A DNA stretch of 64,000 nt from Ancylonema sp. Lineage: Eukaryota. Shown here in pieces: positions 24,476 through 37,005 of this stretch. Position numbers and translations under genes: made by a program. Positions within the stretch are counted from its first letter, which is position 1. Each line of letters starts with the position of its first letter. The DNA is taken from positions 1-64,000 of the forward strand of contig JBFLGF010000183.1 of assembly GCA_050230475.1 (NCBI GenBank), read 5' to 3'. The notes beneath the pieces are model-generated. The model was given only the letters and a program-made list of their open reading frames with translations. It was not told the DNA's origin and ran no database searches.

Positions 24476-24994
24476 TTCTCATACATTCGTGCTACGGCGT
24501 TTAAAACAATTGGATTCAGTCCCTTAACTAGGAAAAAAAGAAAGGGGAAAATAAAATAGTGGAAGACTGGAGTTCAACGCGAATGCGAACGCCACTTTCG
24601 TTGTTGTTTGGAATTTCTGTCCCCCACCAACAACCATAGCGACACAATCACAAGGAATTTTCACACTGAACACGATCATCCTCCAGAACGCATCTCGAAA
24701 GCTCTCACCTTTTGTTCTGAACTTTGCTCCCATGCTGCTGCTGCTTTTAAACAATTCGTTTTTCCGCATCGCCCGGTCGAGCCGCAGCTGCTCCGGCGAA
24801 GGACCAGCCCCCCCGCCCAGGTACCGCATGCGCAACATGGCACCTATGTTGACATTATAAATGCGCTCGCGAGCCCCCTCTCCTTCCCCCCCGTGTTAGT
24901 GGAATTCGAAGTTTTCCCCTCATGTACGGACGGGAGCCTGTGTACGTGTGAACTTGGGGAGCGACCGGTTCTGTCGTCCCAAGTTGTATATGTA

Positions 24995-25534
24995 CAGTAA
25001 AACCTTGATATAGTGACACTTGATATAGTGATAGTCACGATATAGTGACATTTTTTCTGCCCTTTTTCTAATCCTACATAAAAACCCACTCGATATAGTG
25101 ACAGTCGCTATAGTGACACACGTTATAGTGACTCAATTTTCCCAGATTTTACTACTGAGATGTCACTATAGAGTGAAACTTGCCTAATTTAACGTTGTGA
25201 AAATTAATAACTGCCCAAATCTGATAGAAAACAATTTGTAATAAATTAATAACCTGTCTGAATTAAGATTTTATACATGTCCTGGCATTATTACTTCAAA
25301 AAGGTTTTCATGTAGCGAGTGGATATTAGAACAAACGCCATGTACATGACCTACCTTCTTCAATTAAAACCTCTGCGCACCCGATCTGGTTGCTCAAAAT
25401 GACCTAAAATTCACTTTCCTTCGATATAGTGACATTGGCTCAATGTCGCCCTGTATAGTGACACCCCTGGCATTCGATATAGTGACATTATTTTCCGCTG
25501 TCTATAAAACTGTCACTATATCAAGGGTTTACTG
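24995..25534. mobile_element. Intact pogo/Tc1-mariner-like MITE (540 bp)
   Basis: 24-bp TIR CAGTAAAACCTTGATATAGTGACA / TGTCACTATATCAAGGGTTTACTG (1 mismatch). TA TSD on both sides. Repeated TATAGTGAC subterminal motifs. Confidence 0.95.
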
Positions 25535-26000
25535 TATCAGGGTGCGGGGATCGGGGTGTATCGGGGTGCGTACGGATAACGGTTATTAACAAGGTGGCAA
25601 AGCGGAGTTTCAAAAGTTTACGCGTCCGATGTTGATGCGCAGCAGATGCATCCTAGCTCCCTTCGAGGGACGTTACCCTCTTGACATGTGCGGACAGGAC
25701 GAAAAGTGTGGAGTTTGTCCGTCTCAATGACACGTAACGCGTGGAAATTAAGCAGGCATGTCTCCACGTGGTTTGCCACCTGACAAGCATGATGTCAGAA
25801 GCGCTTGCACGATAGCGAAGCTTGGAAGTAGCTCTTGTAGGGGGCTAGGACGATATATGGGTCAATAAGTGTGGTGCGCATGTTCTTTAATCTTATTGAA
25901 ATATACTGAAACTCTCGGCATCCTATTTTGGTAAGCTTCACAGAAAGTATTACACAAATTTCGAATAACCATCTTTTTGAACTCAAGCTCTTCTGCAGCT

Positions 26001-28080
26001 ATGGGTCGCGGAGGCGCTGCGAATCAAATTTACAGCAACCCTATCGAGCAACAACTCAAATTCACCCTTAGTAATGGCAGATCCATGCCTGGCGTGGGTC
26101 TTGGCACGTGGCGTTCAGAACGCGGACAGATGAAAGAAGTGATCCGCTATGCTCTCGAGGAGGCAAATTACCGCCTCATAGATACCGCGAAAGCTTATGG
26201 ACATGAGGACTCGGTTGGGGAGGCACTCGAGGAGGTATGAATGTCACGAGAAAGTGTACTCTTTCTAATTCATCACTATTCAGTAGGCTTGTGAATTGGA
26301 TAATCCAGCAGCAACTTTTGTGGTACTGTCGGATATTTATTTTCTTGACGGGAACACCGGTTATTTTTACTATAGTACAGGGCATCTAGCCGGTGGCCTT
26401 CTAAAAGAGTAAATGTTCGCAATGTGGCAATAAACTTTTCAGGTCTTCAAGAAAGGCAACATCAAGCGTGAGGACGTCTGGATCACGACGAAGCTGTGGA
26501 TTACGGACGCTGCACCTGAAAACGTTGAAGCTGCTCTCGATGAAAGTTTGAAGAAATTGAAGGTAATTGGTCCGTGCAGGGCAGCCTAAATGTTTCCCTT
26601 TGCCTCGTGCCTGCATGTTCAAGGTCTTTCTCAGGTTTGTACCTTGTATAGAGGCTACCGCAGAGTCGGGGACAGCCAGTCCGAATATGTGATTACATAA
26701 GTACGAACAGTACAAGTGACAAAACTTTTGCAGCACCAATGTATGGAAGGAGTTGCTGAATGCTGCCAAAAAAAAAATCTATATTTTGCCAATCATCATT
26801 ATCTTATGTTTTATGTTTTATGACCACCTTTGCAGCTGGACTACGTGGATTTGTACCTCGTTCACTGGCCCGTCGTCACCAACCCCACCGCGAGCTCGCC
26901 GCCAAAACCCGAAGACTTCAGCCCCGTGGAACTGGAGTCCACGTGGCACGAGATGGAGAAGCTGGAGGCGTCGGGCAAGGCCAGAGCCATTGGCGTCAGC
27001 AATTACTCTGTCAAGAAAATGGAGATGGTGCTGAGGTCGGCGCTCATGAAGCCTGCTGTGAATCAGGTGGAGGTGCATCCTGGATGGAGGAACGAGAAGA
27101 TCATTGAGTTCTGCCAGGCTCACGGAATCCACGTGACTGGTGAGGCGCAGGGGAGGAGGAGAAGGTCGGGATGGAGAGGATGACAAAGGGCGTAACAGCG
27201 TACAAATGCGTTCAATGGATGGTTCAATGTAGATTTTCGATTTTCAAACTGCACCTGTCTTTCTTTTGTTGCGAATACAAGAATTTTGTGTTTACAAAAA
27301 TCTAAAAAAGGGAACTGACTAAATTTCCGTCTTTTTCTTTATTGTGTACAAGGCAATGTCCAGGAAGGATAAAAGAAAGAGATATGGTTTAAAATTTGGT
27401 GGTGTGATGTGGTAGTCCTTGCATGCAGCCTATTCACCCCTCGGTTCTCAAGATAGCAAATTCAAGGACGAGGCAAGCCATCAAGAGTCGTCGCTGTTGG
27501 AGCACTCTGTTGTTACAACAGTGGCAAAGAAGTTGGGGAAGTCTCCTGGGCAAGTCATGCTGAAGTGGAACTTGCAGGTACAGTTTCGCATGCTGGACAA
27601 GGGTGCATGATGTGGATAATGAGGAGGTTGAATAAATAAAAGAAGATTAAGAAGGAGATTTGCAGGACCTGTAGATTATTCATTCATGTGCATCTGGAGT
27701 TCTGTTCTGAGCTGAAATCATACACAATAAGCTAACATGTTTGTCTTTAACTCGTTTTTTCTTTGCTGATGAAGAAATTCTGCGCCTGATTGGTATGTGT
27801 AGTATGTAACTAGTTGTATGAAGCGTAGTATTGCCATCAGATCCTCAAAAACAGGTCTACATCTGGTGGTTTGCAGAGGGGTTTATCAGTGGTGCCGAAG
27901 TCAACCAACTCAGAGCGCATCGTAGAGAATATCGACCTCTGTGGATGGGAGTTAAGTGCGGAGGATATGGATGCTCTGAGTCGATTGGAACCTCAACAGA
28001 AGGTGGTAGATGACATGTTTTCTGGCGTGGAAGGGGCTCCGTACAAAACTAAGGAGGAACTGTGGGATGGAGAAATCTGA
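26001..28080 (+). CDS. NADPH-dependent aldo-keto reductase (aldose reductase/AKR4C-like), 336 aa; exons 26001-26234, 26443-26562, 26836-27139, 27429-27577, 27877-28080
   Basis: All introns are GT-AG with consistent phases. Motifs GLGTW, IDTAKAYG, ITTKLW, DLYLVHWP, IGVSNY, NQVEVHP, AYSPLGS, VVPKS. Catalytic D/Y/K/H present. Confidence 0.95.
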
Positions 28081-29080
28081 GTTCGTTCAATGTGGCTACT
28101 TTGTAACAAGTATGTGTTTGTGTCTTTTGGATTCTTCCAAGGCACTTGTTTGTAGTTTTTTTTATTAACATACCCATAAAAGCCACGTATACATTGTCTT
28201 TGTCAATTTTGAAATGTGCTACACACTTGTTATCTTGTGGTATGCCGAATTTGAGATGTATAGTAACACCTATCTAAAGAAATATTGTCGAAAGGTTTAA
28301 CCTCTCTAAATGAATATAAAAATCCGGCAGCAAAACCGGATTTGAAAGGAATTGTCTCTGTCTAAATAAATAAATTGTCGCAAGGCATATTATTTCCTGG
28401 TCCCGACAGTATTCCTTTATACAGGTTTTACTGTGTTGCTGACATATTTGTATTGTGCCACTTTATTTACCTCAACACATTTTTCTACCAAAGTTACCCA
28501 ACTTTCAAATTATAATAATGTGCTGGTTTGGCAAGTGATGTGAACAATTTATTTTATTTTATTTAAAGCCAATTGCTGTGTGTGATCTGTATAACAAATG
28601 TAAAAAAAAAGAAGGAATGTGCTACAAAAAATTGTATGCAAATGTTGGACAACAAAGGTTGACTGTTATTGTGTGAGTGAAAGTGATTGATCTCTTCTAC
28701 AATTCTTCCTTCATTGTGTTAACATCATGGGCATACTATTGTGTGTACCATCGAGTTAAGAGTCTTAATGGTGAGCTTAAAGCACGTCAATCATAACACT
28801 TCTCTGACAACCTGTGTGCACTTTTATTTGTAATGACCACACTGATGCATCGGGTCGGGGTCCGTTTTCTATAGGGCACGTTTTCCGGATAGGGCTGAGG
28901 ACAGTTTGTCGGTCGTGGCAAATGCGAACGGCGTACGGATTTGCTCGCAAACTCCCGGAATACGGCCGTGAAATGCGGCAAACGGGTGTGGACTGTACAG
29001 ATGCAAACGTTTGCGTCCGTATAGTCCGTGCATGTCCGTACATGTCCGTACCAGTAACTCCGAATTCATACAAAAACCCA

Positions 29081-29581
29081 AGCCGACCTTACGCGGTGTG
29101 ACTTGGTGGATCGTGTGGCTTGTGGAGGGATGATGACCGTAGAAGATGCAGAACGGCGCAAAGAAACTCACTATCGTGATCGCGCGGCAGGGACCAAGAT
29201 TAGCCCGTTAGAGACGTACGGTGCGCATTCCGATGCAAGCAATCGGTTATTGGTGGATTGTGCTCACCGTGCTGCGCAACTGAATGGGCGATTGGGGCAG
29301 GAATGTTAGTTTGTTAGTTACTTGGTTTCGGCAGAGAGTTTCTGTTACTTTACAACGTTCTCTAGCACATGCAATCCATGATAGGACGTTGCGATTGGAA
29401 GAGGGTATGGCTCTGTTACCTCCCCCCCCACCGCGGGTGTTATTGTCGTCAGCAGAGTTAAGGATTGTTGCTCGGTTGTTTTAGGGTGGGGTTGTTTTCC
29501 TTCTTCTGTTCCGTTAGGTTGGTACGATAACGTGTTGGTGGTGTTGTACTCAGATGGGGTTCCCGTCGTACTTTAATAAAA
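29081..29581 (+). mobile_element. 5'-truncated non-LTR retrotransposon fragment (CRE-like, restriction-like endonuclease C-terminus)
   Basis: Frameshifted translation DAERRKETHYRD..PLETYG..WFRQRVSVTLQRSLAHAI is typical of the CRE-type ORF end. It is followed by a short T-rich 3' UTR ending AATAAAA. Confidence 0.7.
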
Positions 29582-30020
29582 TGCGTCTCTGTCTAGGTAG
29601 ATTCGGTTGTGAATGTGTACAGAATCTACTGACAACAAGAGATTCGGACGGCATCGGGGGATGGGAGAGGGTCGTGAACGACTCTCACCCGTACTATGCA
29701 AGATATTTCAGAAAAGTGAAAGATTATGTCTCACACACGACAAACGGAATCTATGATGGAACGGGAGACGGGGAACGGGCCAAGATACGATGGTGGAACG
29801 AAAGCCACGACAGAAAAGGGACGTGCTACAAGACAAAACGACGGGGACAGGGAAAACACGGGGGAAATGTAATGATGACATAAACGGGGATACAACAAAC
29901 TGACGGGGACAAACTGGGGGTACGACAAAATAGAGAGTCCGCCGAATATAATAGGTTTACGGCTTAGCCGAGAACGGGCCTATCTAGGAATAAATTTGCA
30001 GACGTTTGGGTTTTATTTTT

Positions 30021-30750
30021 CCGCCCGGGGCGCCGCCCGGGTCGGAAAGCGGGGCGGAATTTACGGGGCGGGACCATAGGCCTAAATAGAAAAAAACAAA
30101 AAATGCCGCAATTCTGAGGTATGGTCGTTTTTGTTCCAAAAGACTTCTCGCACCGTGTACGCCATACGCTACACGTCCGACATCATCTAATGTCATCCAT
30201 GAGTCCGGCTCCGTGGTGTGGCGTAGTGTAATGCGATAAAAATAAAAAATAGAAAATCAAACCTTCAGATATAGAAAAGAATATTACTTGCATAGTTGCG
30301 TCCCGGACGCGAGGATCCCGGACGCGTCCGGAGCACGTCCGGCTCCGGACGCGTTCCGGACGCGTCCGGAGATCCCCGGACGGTCCGGGACACAACCAAG
30401 ATGCAAACAAAAACAAAAAAAGGTTTTCATTCTGAAGTCATACTCATATGGGGGTTCCAAAAATATGGATATCAAATTTTGGGTGAGGCGTCCGGGTCCG
30501 GGACGCGTCCGGAGATCCTCGGACAGTCCGGGACGCAACTATGATTACCAGGGAAAAGATCGCAATCGTACTCAGTGTTACAAAATCTCGAAAAGATGTA
30601 CATGATCTACGTGGTCTTGGGATCCTTAATCAAATAAACCAAAAAACCTCAATGGTCCCGTCCCGGGCTGACCCGCTCCGGGCGGCACCCCGGGGCGGGT
30701 CCGCCCGGGGCGGAAAGCGGGGCGACATTTTCGGGGCGGAGCCAACTATA
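30021..30750. mobile_element. Degenerate hAT-like element hosting the 30291-30543 MITE
   Basis: Right end GGGGCGGAGCCAACTATA. CGGGGCGG motifs at both ends. Homologous to 11841-12346. Left TIR not found. Confidence 0.45.
30291..30543. mobile_element. hAT-type MITE (253 bp)
   Basis: Perfect 18-bp TIR CATAGTTGCGTCCCGGAC. 8-bp TSD ATTACTTG / ATTACCAG (2 mismatches). CCGGA motifs. Confidence 0.85.
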
Positions 30751-30826
30751 GGAAAAACCATGTCATGTCAATAATATACCACTCGAAAAACCAAAAAAAT
30801 GGTCACGTAGACATATGAGTGTCAAC

Positions 30827-31998
30827 CATAGTTGCACGAAGTGGCCGTGTTTATTTTTGGGAACCGGTTCGGCTTTGGGCAAACCGGGTGATTTCTAGGA
30901 TTTCACTCTTTTCCGCGGAAAAATATATTTTCACAAGCAAAAAAGATACGGGGGGGTAATGTATGATAGTACGGATATGAAAATTTACGACACCCGGTCA
31001 CTCTAGATGTAGATGCATTGGGAGCAAGGACGTACACGCATTTGTATCGAAGTGTATGGGTTGTTAAAAACGAGGAGATAAAATATCATAAATGGTATGT
31101 AAATAAGGGAAAGCAAAAGAAGGAGGAAAAATGCATTAGAAATGTCATTCACCTAGAATATTCCGACTATTGTAGAAGTTGAAGAAGGTAAACGGCAGAA
31201 TCGGAATCCAAAGATGTTGTGCATTCATAGAGAAAATATTGAAATTATAATTAAGAGAAGACGGATAGGACATTCAAAATGTATTCAATTTTTTAAATGT
31301 TGGGAGCATGACAAGAAAATATTAGTTTAAAGAAGTACGAGTATCGAATGGTAGGGCAAATATTGCATAACAACAGGTTTGTACCGCCACATAAACATCG
31401 TATAGAACTCCAAACAATGAACTTGAAGGAGTGAAGGAGTAAAATTGGAAGATAATAACGATACAATTAGTGGCATTATCATATTGATGAATATGAAATC
31501 ATCGAGATATGTTAACAATTGACAAGGAAGTATTTTATACCAGTAGAATGCCTTCGTAGAAATAAGGAGAAACATATTGAAAGAAGGCGAATGAGGAAAA
31601 ATATATGGAACGGAGATAATTATAGAATGATGCTCATAATTATAAATGATATATTTGGTTCATTTAACTACTTCAACATAAATAGAAATACAATTTGCAA
31701 AGAAGAGAGCAAAACAAACATATGCACCGAAGAACCATGAGGGTGTGTACTCATGCGGAAAATAATTTTTGGTTTTTTTACAATGAATATCATTCGTTTG
31801 TTTTTTTTGTTGGATAGAGCATGACGAGCTCCACAAAATGAAACTATTTTTCGATTTTTCCCGTGCCATGTAACCCCTCAAATTGGCGTTGAAGTGGAAA
31901 ACCCCTCAACCCTCCGGTTCCGAACCGCGACCACTTTTGTCGGAACCGGTTCCATCTAAGATCCAGTTCGGGAACGGTTCGGAGTTCGTGCAACTATG
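30827..31998. mobile_element. Non-autonomous hAT element (1172 bp)
   Basis: Perfect 14-bp TIR CATAGTTGCACGAA. 8-bp TSD GTGTCAAC / GCGTCAAG (2 mismatches). GAACCGGTTC subterminal motifs, AT-rich interior. Confidence 0.8.
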
Positions 31999-32457
31999 GC
32001 GTCAAGATTGTATATAGCGGATTCGTCCAAGCTATAAACTTGTTGTCCCGCAGTAAAAATGATATTTCGATGTAATTTTTTTTTCTCGATGTAACTTCTT
32101 CTTTTTAAAAAAAAAAGATTTGGGCTCCTATCCGGGCTCCAGGCTAGGCTCCGGGCTCCGATCTTGGGCTCTGGGCTCCGATTACGGCTTCGGGCTCCGA
32201 GTTAGACTCCGATCTCCCGATTCTGGGCTCGGGGCTGAGCGAGCCCAGAGCTCATCGAGTTTGCGTGGGTTCCCCGCGGACTGAAATCTCTGACTTCTGG
32301 GATCCCGCAGTGGACTCCGGCGGTGGACTCCAGGCTTTGGGCCGACCGCGTGTAGTGATCGGCCGGCGCTTCTGGCAGGTAGTGGACAAACTAGACAAAT
32401 GGACGATGAACATCGCACGCTTCACCAATATTATTAAGGCGACGTTCCTTCCTAGAA

Positions 32458-35400
32458 GGGCTTACCTAGGTCGACGTCCCAATTCCTTATGTCGACGTCC
32501 AATTCTCAGCGAGTTCCTCGTGCCCACCTACAAGTATGGACGGGGACCGTAGATACGATTGGAAGCGGACTACATTTCCGAGAGCCGTCGATTCTAATTT
32601 GTCGTTCTCACCCGAATCTCGCAGAATATTCTTACGTCCCATCTAAGCAACATGGCCGTTGCAGAAACGAGTATTGATGTAAAAAACCGCGGTCCACGAA
32701 CCTGTAGATCGCGGTAGCCCGTCAGCGCCAGCATGTTACGATCGACGGGGTCATGACTCATGACCCAGACGTCTGGCCGCATGCGGTCCAGGGTTGCTTC
32801 GGCGGGGGGTACGAGGAAGTCGGCAGCAAACCCGCAGCCATAATTATCGTCGGCAAAGCCCCGGTTGGCCTCGATATGTATAAATTATAGTGCTATTATT
32901 AAGCGGTTTTTTTTCGAAGGGGGAAATGCGGAACATTTGCAATTTTCATGAGGAAAAAACATGCGCACATAATATTGGACCCGACTGTAACGCATGTTTT
33001 TTTTTTTTTTTTTAAGCACCAACGAAGGGTTTAACGAGGTCGTTGTCCGAGGTGCGAGCGCACGCGTGCCGCAAGGATGCGCAAATGTCGCACGTGGTGC
33101 GCGGCCAAGTACGTTACATAGGAAGAAGTCAGGTTGTTTGTTTTTTAAGAACATTAATTTTATTTTGCATAGTATGCGCATAAATGTTATATTGTCAATG
33201 AACTAAGTGCAATAAGTGTCCTCTCTCAATTTTAGACAAGTTTTGTTTTTCTACAATTGGTTGTATAGGAAAGGTTGCTAGAATTGAATGAAGGCTTACG
33301 TAATTTAGTGTTACAATATGATTGCCTTTCAATTATGTATTGCCTTTCAATGTTTCCAAAACCATTAACCTCTTGTCTATGTTTTCAAGGAAACACTAAA
33401 AACTAAATTTATATATTTGCAATAATAGAAACGAATAATGTATCGAGTTGCATTTGTCGTAGTCTTTGGATTTTGCATGACGATTTCAATTGAGTGGTAG
33501 GAATGTCTTTAGTGTATTGGACGCGTATTATTTATAGCGTGTGTGACACCCAAGCGTCATTTTGCGCCTTCGCTAGTAGTTCAATTTTTTAGGCATATGA
33601 TGTCAAGGTATGGGTAGAATGCATTTCCATGCATGTCTTGAGTGGATTGGAGCACGTTGTGTGATAGTGTTCGATCTCAGTCTATTTGTCACATTATGTG
33701 CTTCAAATTACTAACGATATATTTTAAAAACAAAAATGTGAATGGGTAAATACGAATAAATTTTTTAAGATCATGCAATATCCGATGCAGTAATCGGCAC
33801 GTCCAACACGATTTCCAATCAATCCACGAAAATCTACAACAATAACGTTGTTAACACAACAAGAACTCCATCGACTCCACACAATATATGACACTTGCAC
33901 GTGTTTACACTCAAATACCGACGTGAAATGAATACACCATACTTACCATTGCGCTATGATTGTCGCAACTCCCAACGTATGGCACAATGTTGAAACATGG
34001 TACACACCTAAATTGTTTATTGCCACATCCCAACAAGCTCTAAAAGCAACAAATGCTTTGCATTATCATCTCAAACTTGCTTACAACTCTATCCATTGCC
34101 TAAAGTTTTGCCACGCCATTGTCGCTTGTGCTACGTGGTTGTAGAGAGGAAAGAGATCAGGAAATTGGCGTAGATGTGCCATCTACTCCGGGTCCACGGG
34201 AGGGAGTTTATACGATATCAACTCCCCCTTCTGAAAATGGTTACTATTGGTGTAGATGAGTACGACCGGTGCGGGATTGAAATTTTGGGTTCTGATGGGG
34301 AGAACTGTACTACTATTCGAAAATAAATCCCCGAGAACTACTATCGGACGTTGATACAGATCCGCCGCGACAAAGGCCATGTCCGGATATAGCTTTACTT
34401 GTTGGTCTTGTAAGTGCAATCGATGACAAGTACATGATGATACAAGAGGGCGTATTTTCGGTTTGGAACATAAGCAAAGAAGAGTCCCTTGAGTGTGCCG
34501 TCGTCACTTGTCTGCATGGCGTAAGTCCTCTTTTCATTTTGCTCGAGCTCCTTCACCAACGCTTGGGTGGGAGTATAACCACCTAATTCTTTCTTCCTCT
34601 CTAATAGTTTTATATTGCCGACGTCTCTAGCTAAGAGCAACTTATTGGGTTATTCCTCAACACACCAACTATTTGTTTTGGCGCTACGTTTTCGTTAGAC
34701 AACTCCATTACTTGTTGAACATCCTCTATCGTAGGGCAACGCACTTGTGGATGACCTAACAAATCAGGGGTGGGGCCGTGACTTCAACTTCCACCCTACG
34801 TCTGTCAATTTAGCTGACACAAGAAATAACACAAGAAACGGACATCCTATAAGACGTGTTCCTCCTTTGCGCTTTCGCATATGATCTTGTAGATTACGAC
34901 GGTTGAAATACTTCCCCCCACGATCACACCTATATGTAACCCAATTTTTTTTTTTTGAATTTTTGTGGGTGACAACATAGCCATGGCTATTAGCAAATGC
35001 CTGTGGGAACACATACAACTCCTCCCGCGTCTCATAAACACCAGTGTCAGGGGGTACCGTGAGGGGAATTGGCGGGATGTGCTCGGGTGGCGGGACTTCC
35101 TGGGGTACAGAGGTGTTTGGTGGTTGACAATGGTTGGGAGGAGGTGGGTTGACACCTTTCTCACGAACGACCGAATTTGTATTCATACGGTGGTAAGACA
35201 AGAAAAATAAATAACTACGTATTTCCTTGCTCTAATCCACATGATTCTAGTATTTATGGGAGTTCATATTATATATTGGAGTTAATAGCATATATATAAG
35301 TTAATGGTACCTATGTATATAGCTATACATATACATATACATATACATATTGATATACAAGTACATAATATGCCATCATACATCCATCATATACCCAATC

Positions 35401-36512
35401 TAAATCTCCAATTGTACACATTCGGTACACCTTGTATACTACACCCTAAAACTTGCTAGACATTTATACACTATATGGCTGAAGGAAATAGATGGACTCT
35501 TTGTAACTCCTCACTTCGGAGAGAATAACTTACCAGCAGAATTTACTCCGACAATGTGAGGTGCACCGTGTTGGAGAAGCGACACCAATATGACAACGAA
35601 CAACAATCGCCCCATCCTGGTTCACAACGCGAGTACTAAATGTAAATCAGAATCAACTACAAGACAATGAAGGACATGATAATATGTAACAGCATGAAAA
35701 AGACGATGTCATTTGTCTCATTATACGCTACTTCAATACCTATACCACAAGGATAGGCTACAATCCAGCACGTCTTTCGAATGTATACTTGAAGCGGCTG
35801 AAGAACATACTAAATATTAGAGAATCAAATAGAGCATCCCTTCTTTCTTTTAGGTCGCGTGATGACAAACATCAGTAACACAAATTCACGAATGTGAAAA
35901 ATGCACTCCCCATAACTACAACTTTAAGAAGGTTCATCAAAAATCGATTTTTTGACCGGATAATGTATTCAACACACGAGCTATCACCCTTGAATCGGTT
36001 CGGATCACGAAGCCGACTTAGAATGCGTCACGCAATAACCGTGTTTCACAGCATCGCACCCACGACATCCACCGGAGGAAAAGACAGTAACTTGTCAGTA
36101 AGTAAAGAATCCCGTCTGTAGTCTGACAGAAAGGACACAAAGCCGACGGACCCCCCGCCGAACAAACCCTGGACCGCACGCGGCCGACGTCTGGGTCATG
36201 AGTCATGACCCCGTCGATCGTAACATGCCGGTAACCGCGCTGACGGGCTACCACGATCTACAGGTTCGGGGACCGCGGTTTTTTACATCAATAGTGGTTT
36301 CTGCAACGGCCACGCTGCTTATATGGGACGTACGAATTTTCTGCGAGATTCGGGTGAGAACGACAAATTAGAATCGACGGCTCTCGGAAATGTAGTCCGC
36401 TTCCAGCCGTACCTACGGTCCCCGTCCATAATTGTAGGTGGACACGAGGAAGGAACTCGCTGAGAATTGGACGTAAGAATTGGACGTCGGGGACGTCGAC
36501 CTCGGTAAGCGC
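32458..36512 (-). mobile_element. Mutator-like element (MULE), 4055 bp, internally deleted
   Basis: ~350-bp TIRs (32458-~32810 and ~36150-36512). Perfect 9-bp TSD TTCCTAGAA (32449-32457, 36513-36521). Transposase remnants inside. Confidence 0.92.
34183..35201 (-). pseudogene. MULE transposase remnant: FAR1-like DNA-binding region, start of the DDE domain, then an OTU-like tail
   Basis: FANSHGYVV..YRCDRGGKY..TRLIGCPF; LFFA..VLVIDCTYKTNK; then in another frame PDMAFVAADLYQRPIVVL..LIYTNSNHF. Frameshifts and stops present. Confidence 0.8.
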
Positions 36513-37005
36513 TTCCTAGAATCGACTTCCCCAGATTGCATGTGCATTTCCAGACAAAGAGCGAGGCTAGATCTCTATCATTTGTCGCATCCGTAAAAGA
36601 CGCACATGGATGACACGTGACTTTCACCTGATGACGATCTAAAAGGCACGATTAAGACTCGAAAAGAGATCTGAGTCCGTTGCAGGGCACAGATTCTTCC
36701 ACCCCTTAATCGTAAAATCTTCAGGAGTCGGCCGAAAGAGCAGGTCTGAAATGCCTTCCCGCTCACTACAGGCGGACATCTGCGATAGCGAAGTCGTCGT
36801 CACGGTTTCGTTCTACCTCGTGCCTTCAGGCGATCGGCAGATCTCAACGCAGAACGGCTTCCAGAATTTACGTCCCTGTCCACTCCGATATCTCCCTATT
36901 TTTTCGTGTTCTCAAACTTCATCGCCAACACTGAAAACGTTATGTGAAATTATAACCTCTGGCATCTGTTAATTGGACGCGAACGTGTAAACTTCTGCTG
37001 GCGCC

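Noticed and set aside
24524..25000. Short ORFs between the Gfo and AKR genes
   Set aside because: No recognisable product and no consistent exon model could be built.
28850..29985. Tourist/Harbinger-like element surrounding the CRE fragment
   Set aside because: Only weak inverted similarity at the ends and no clear TSD.
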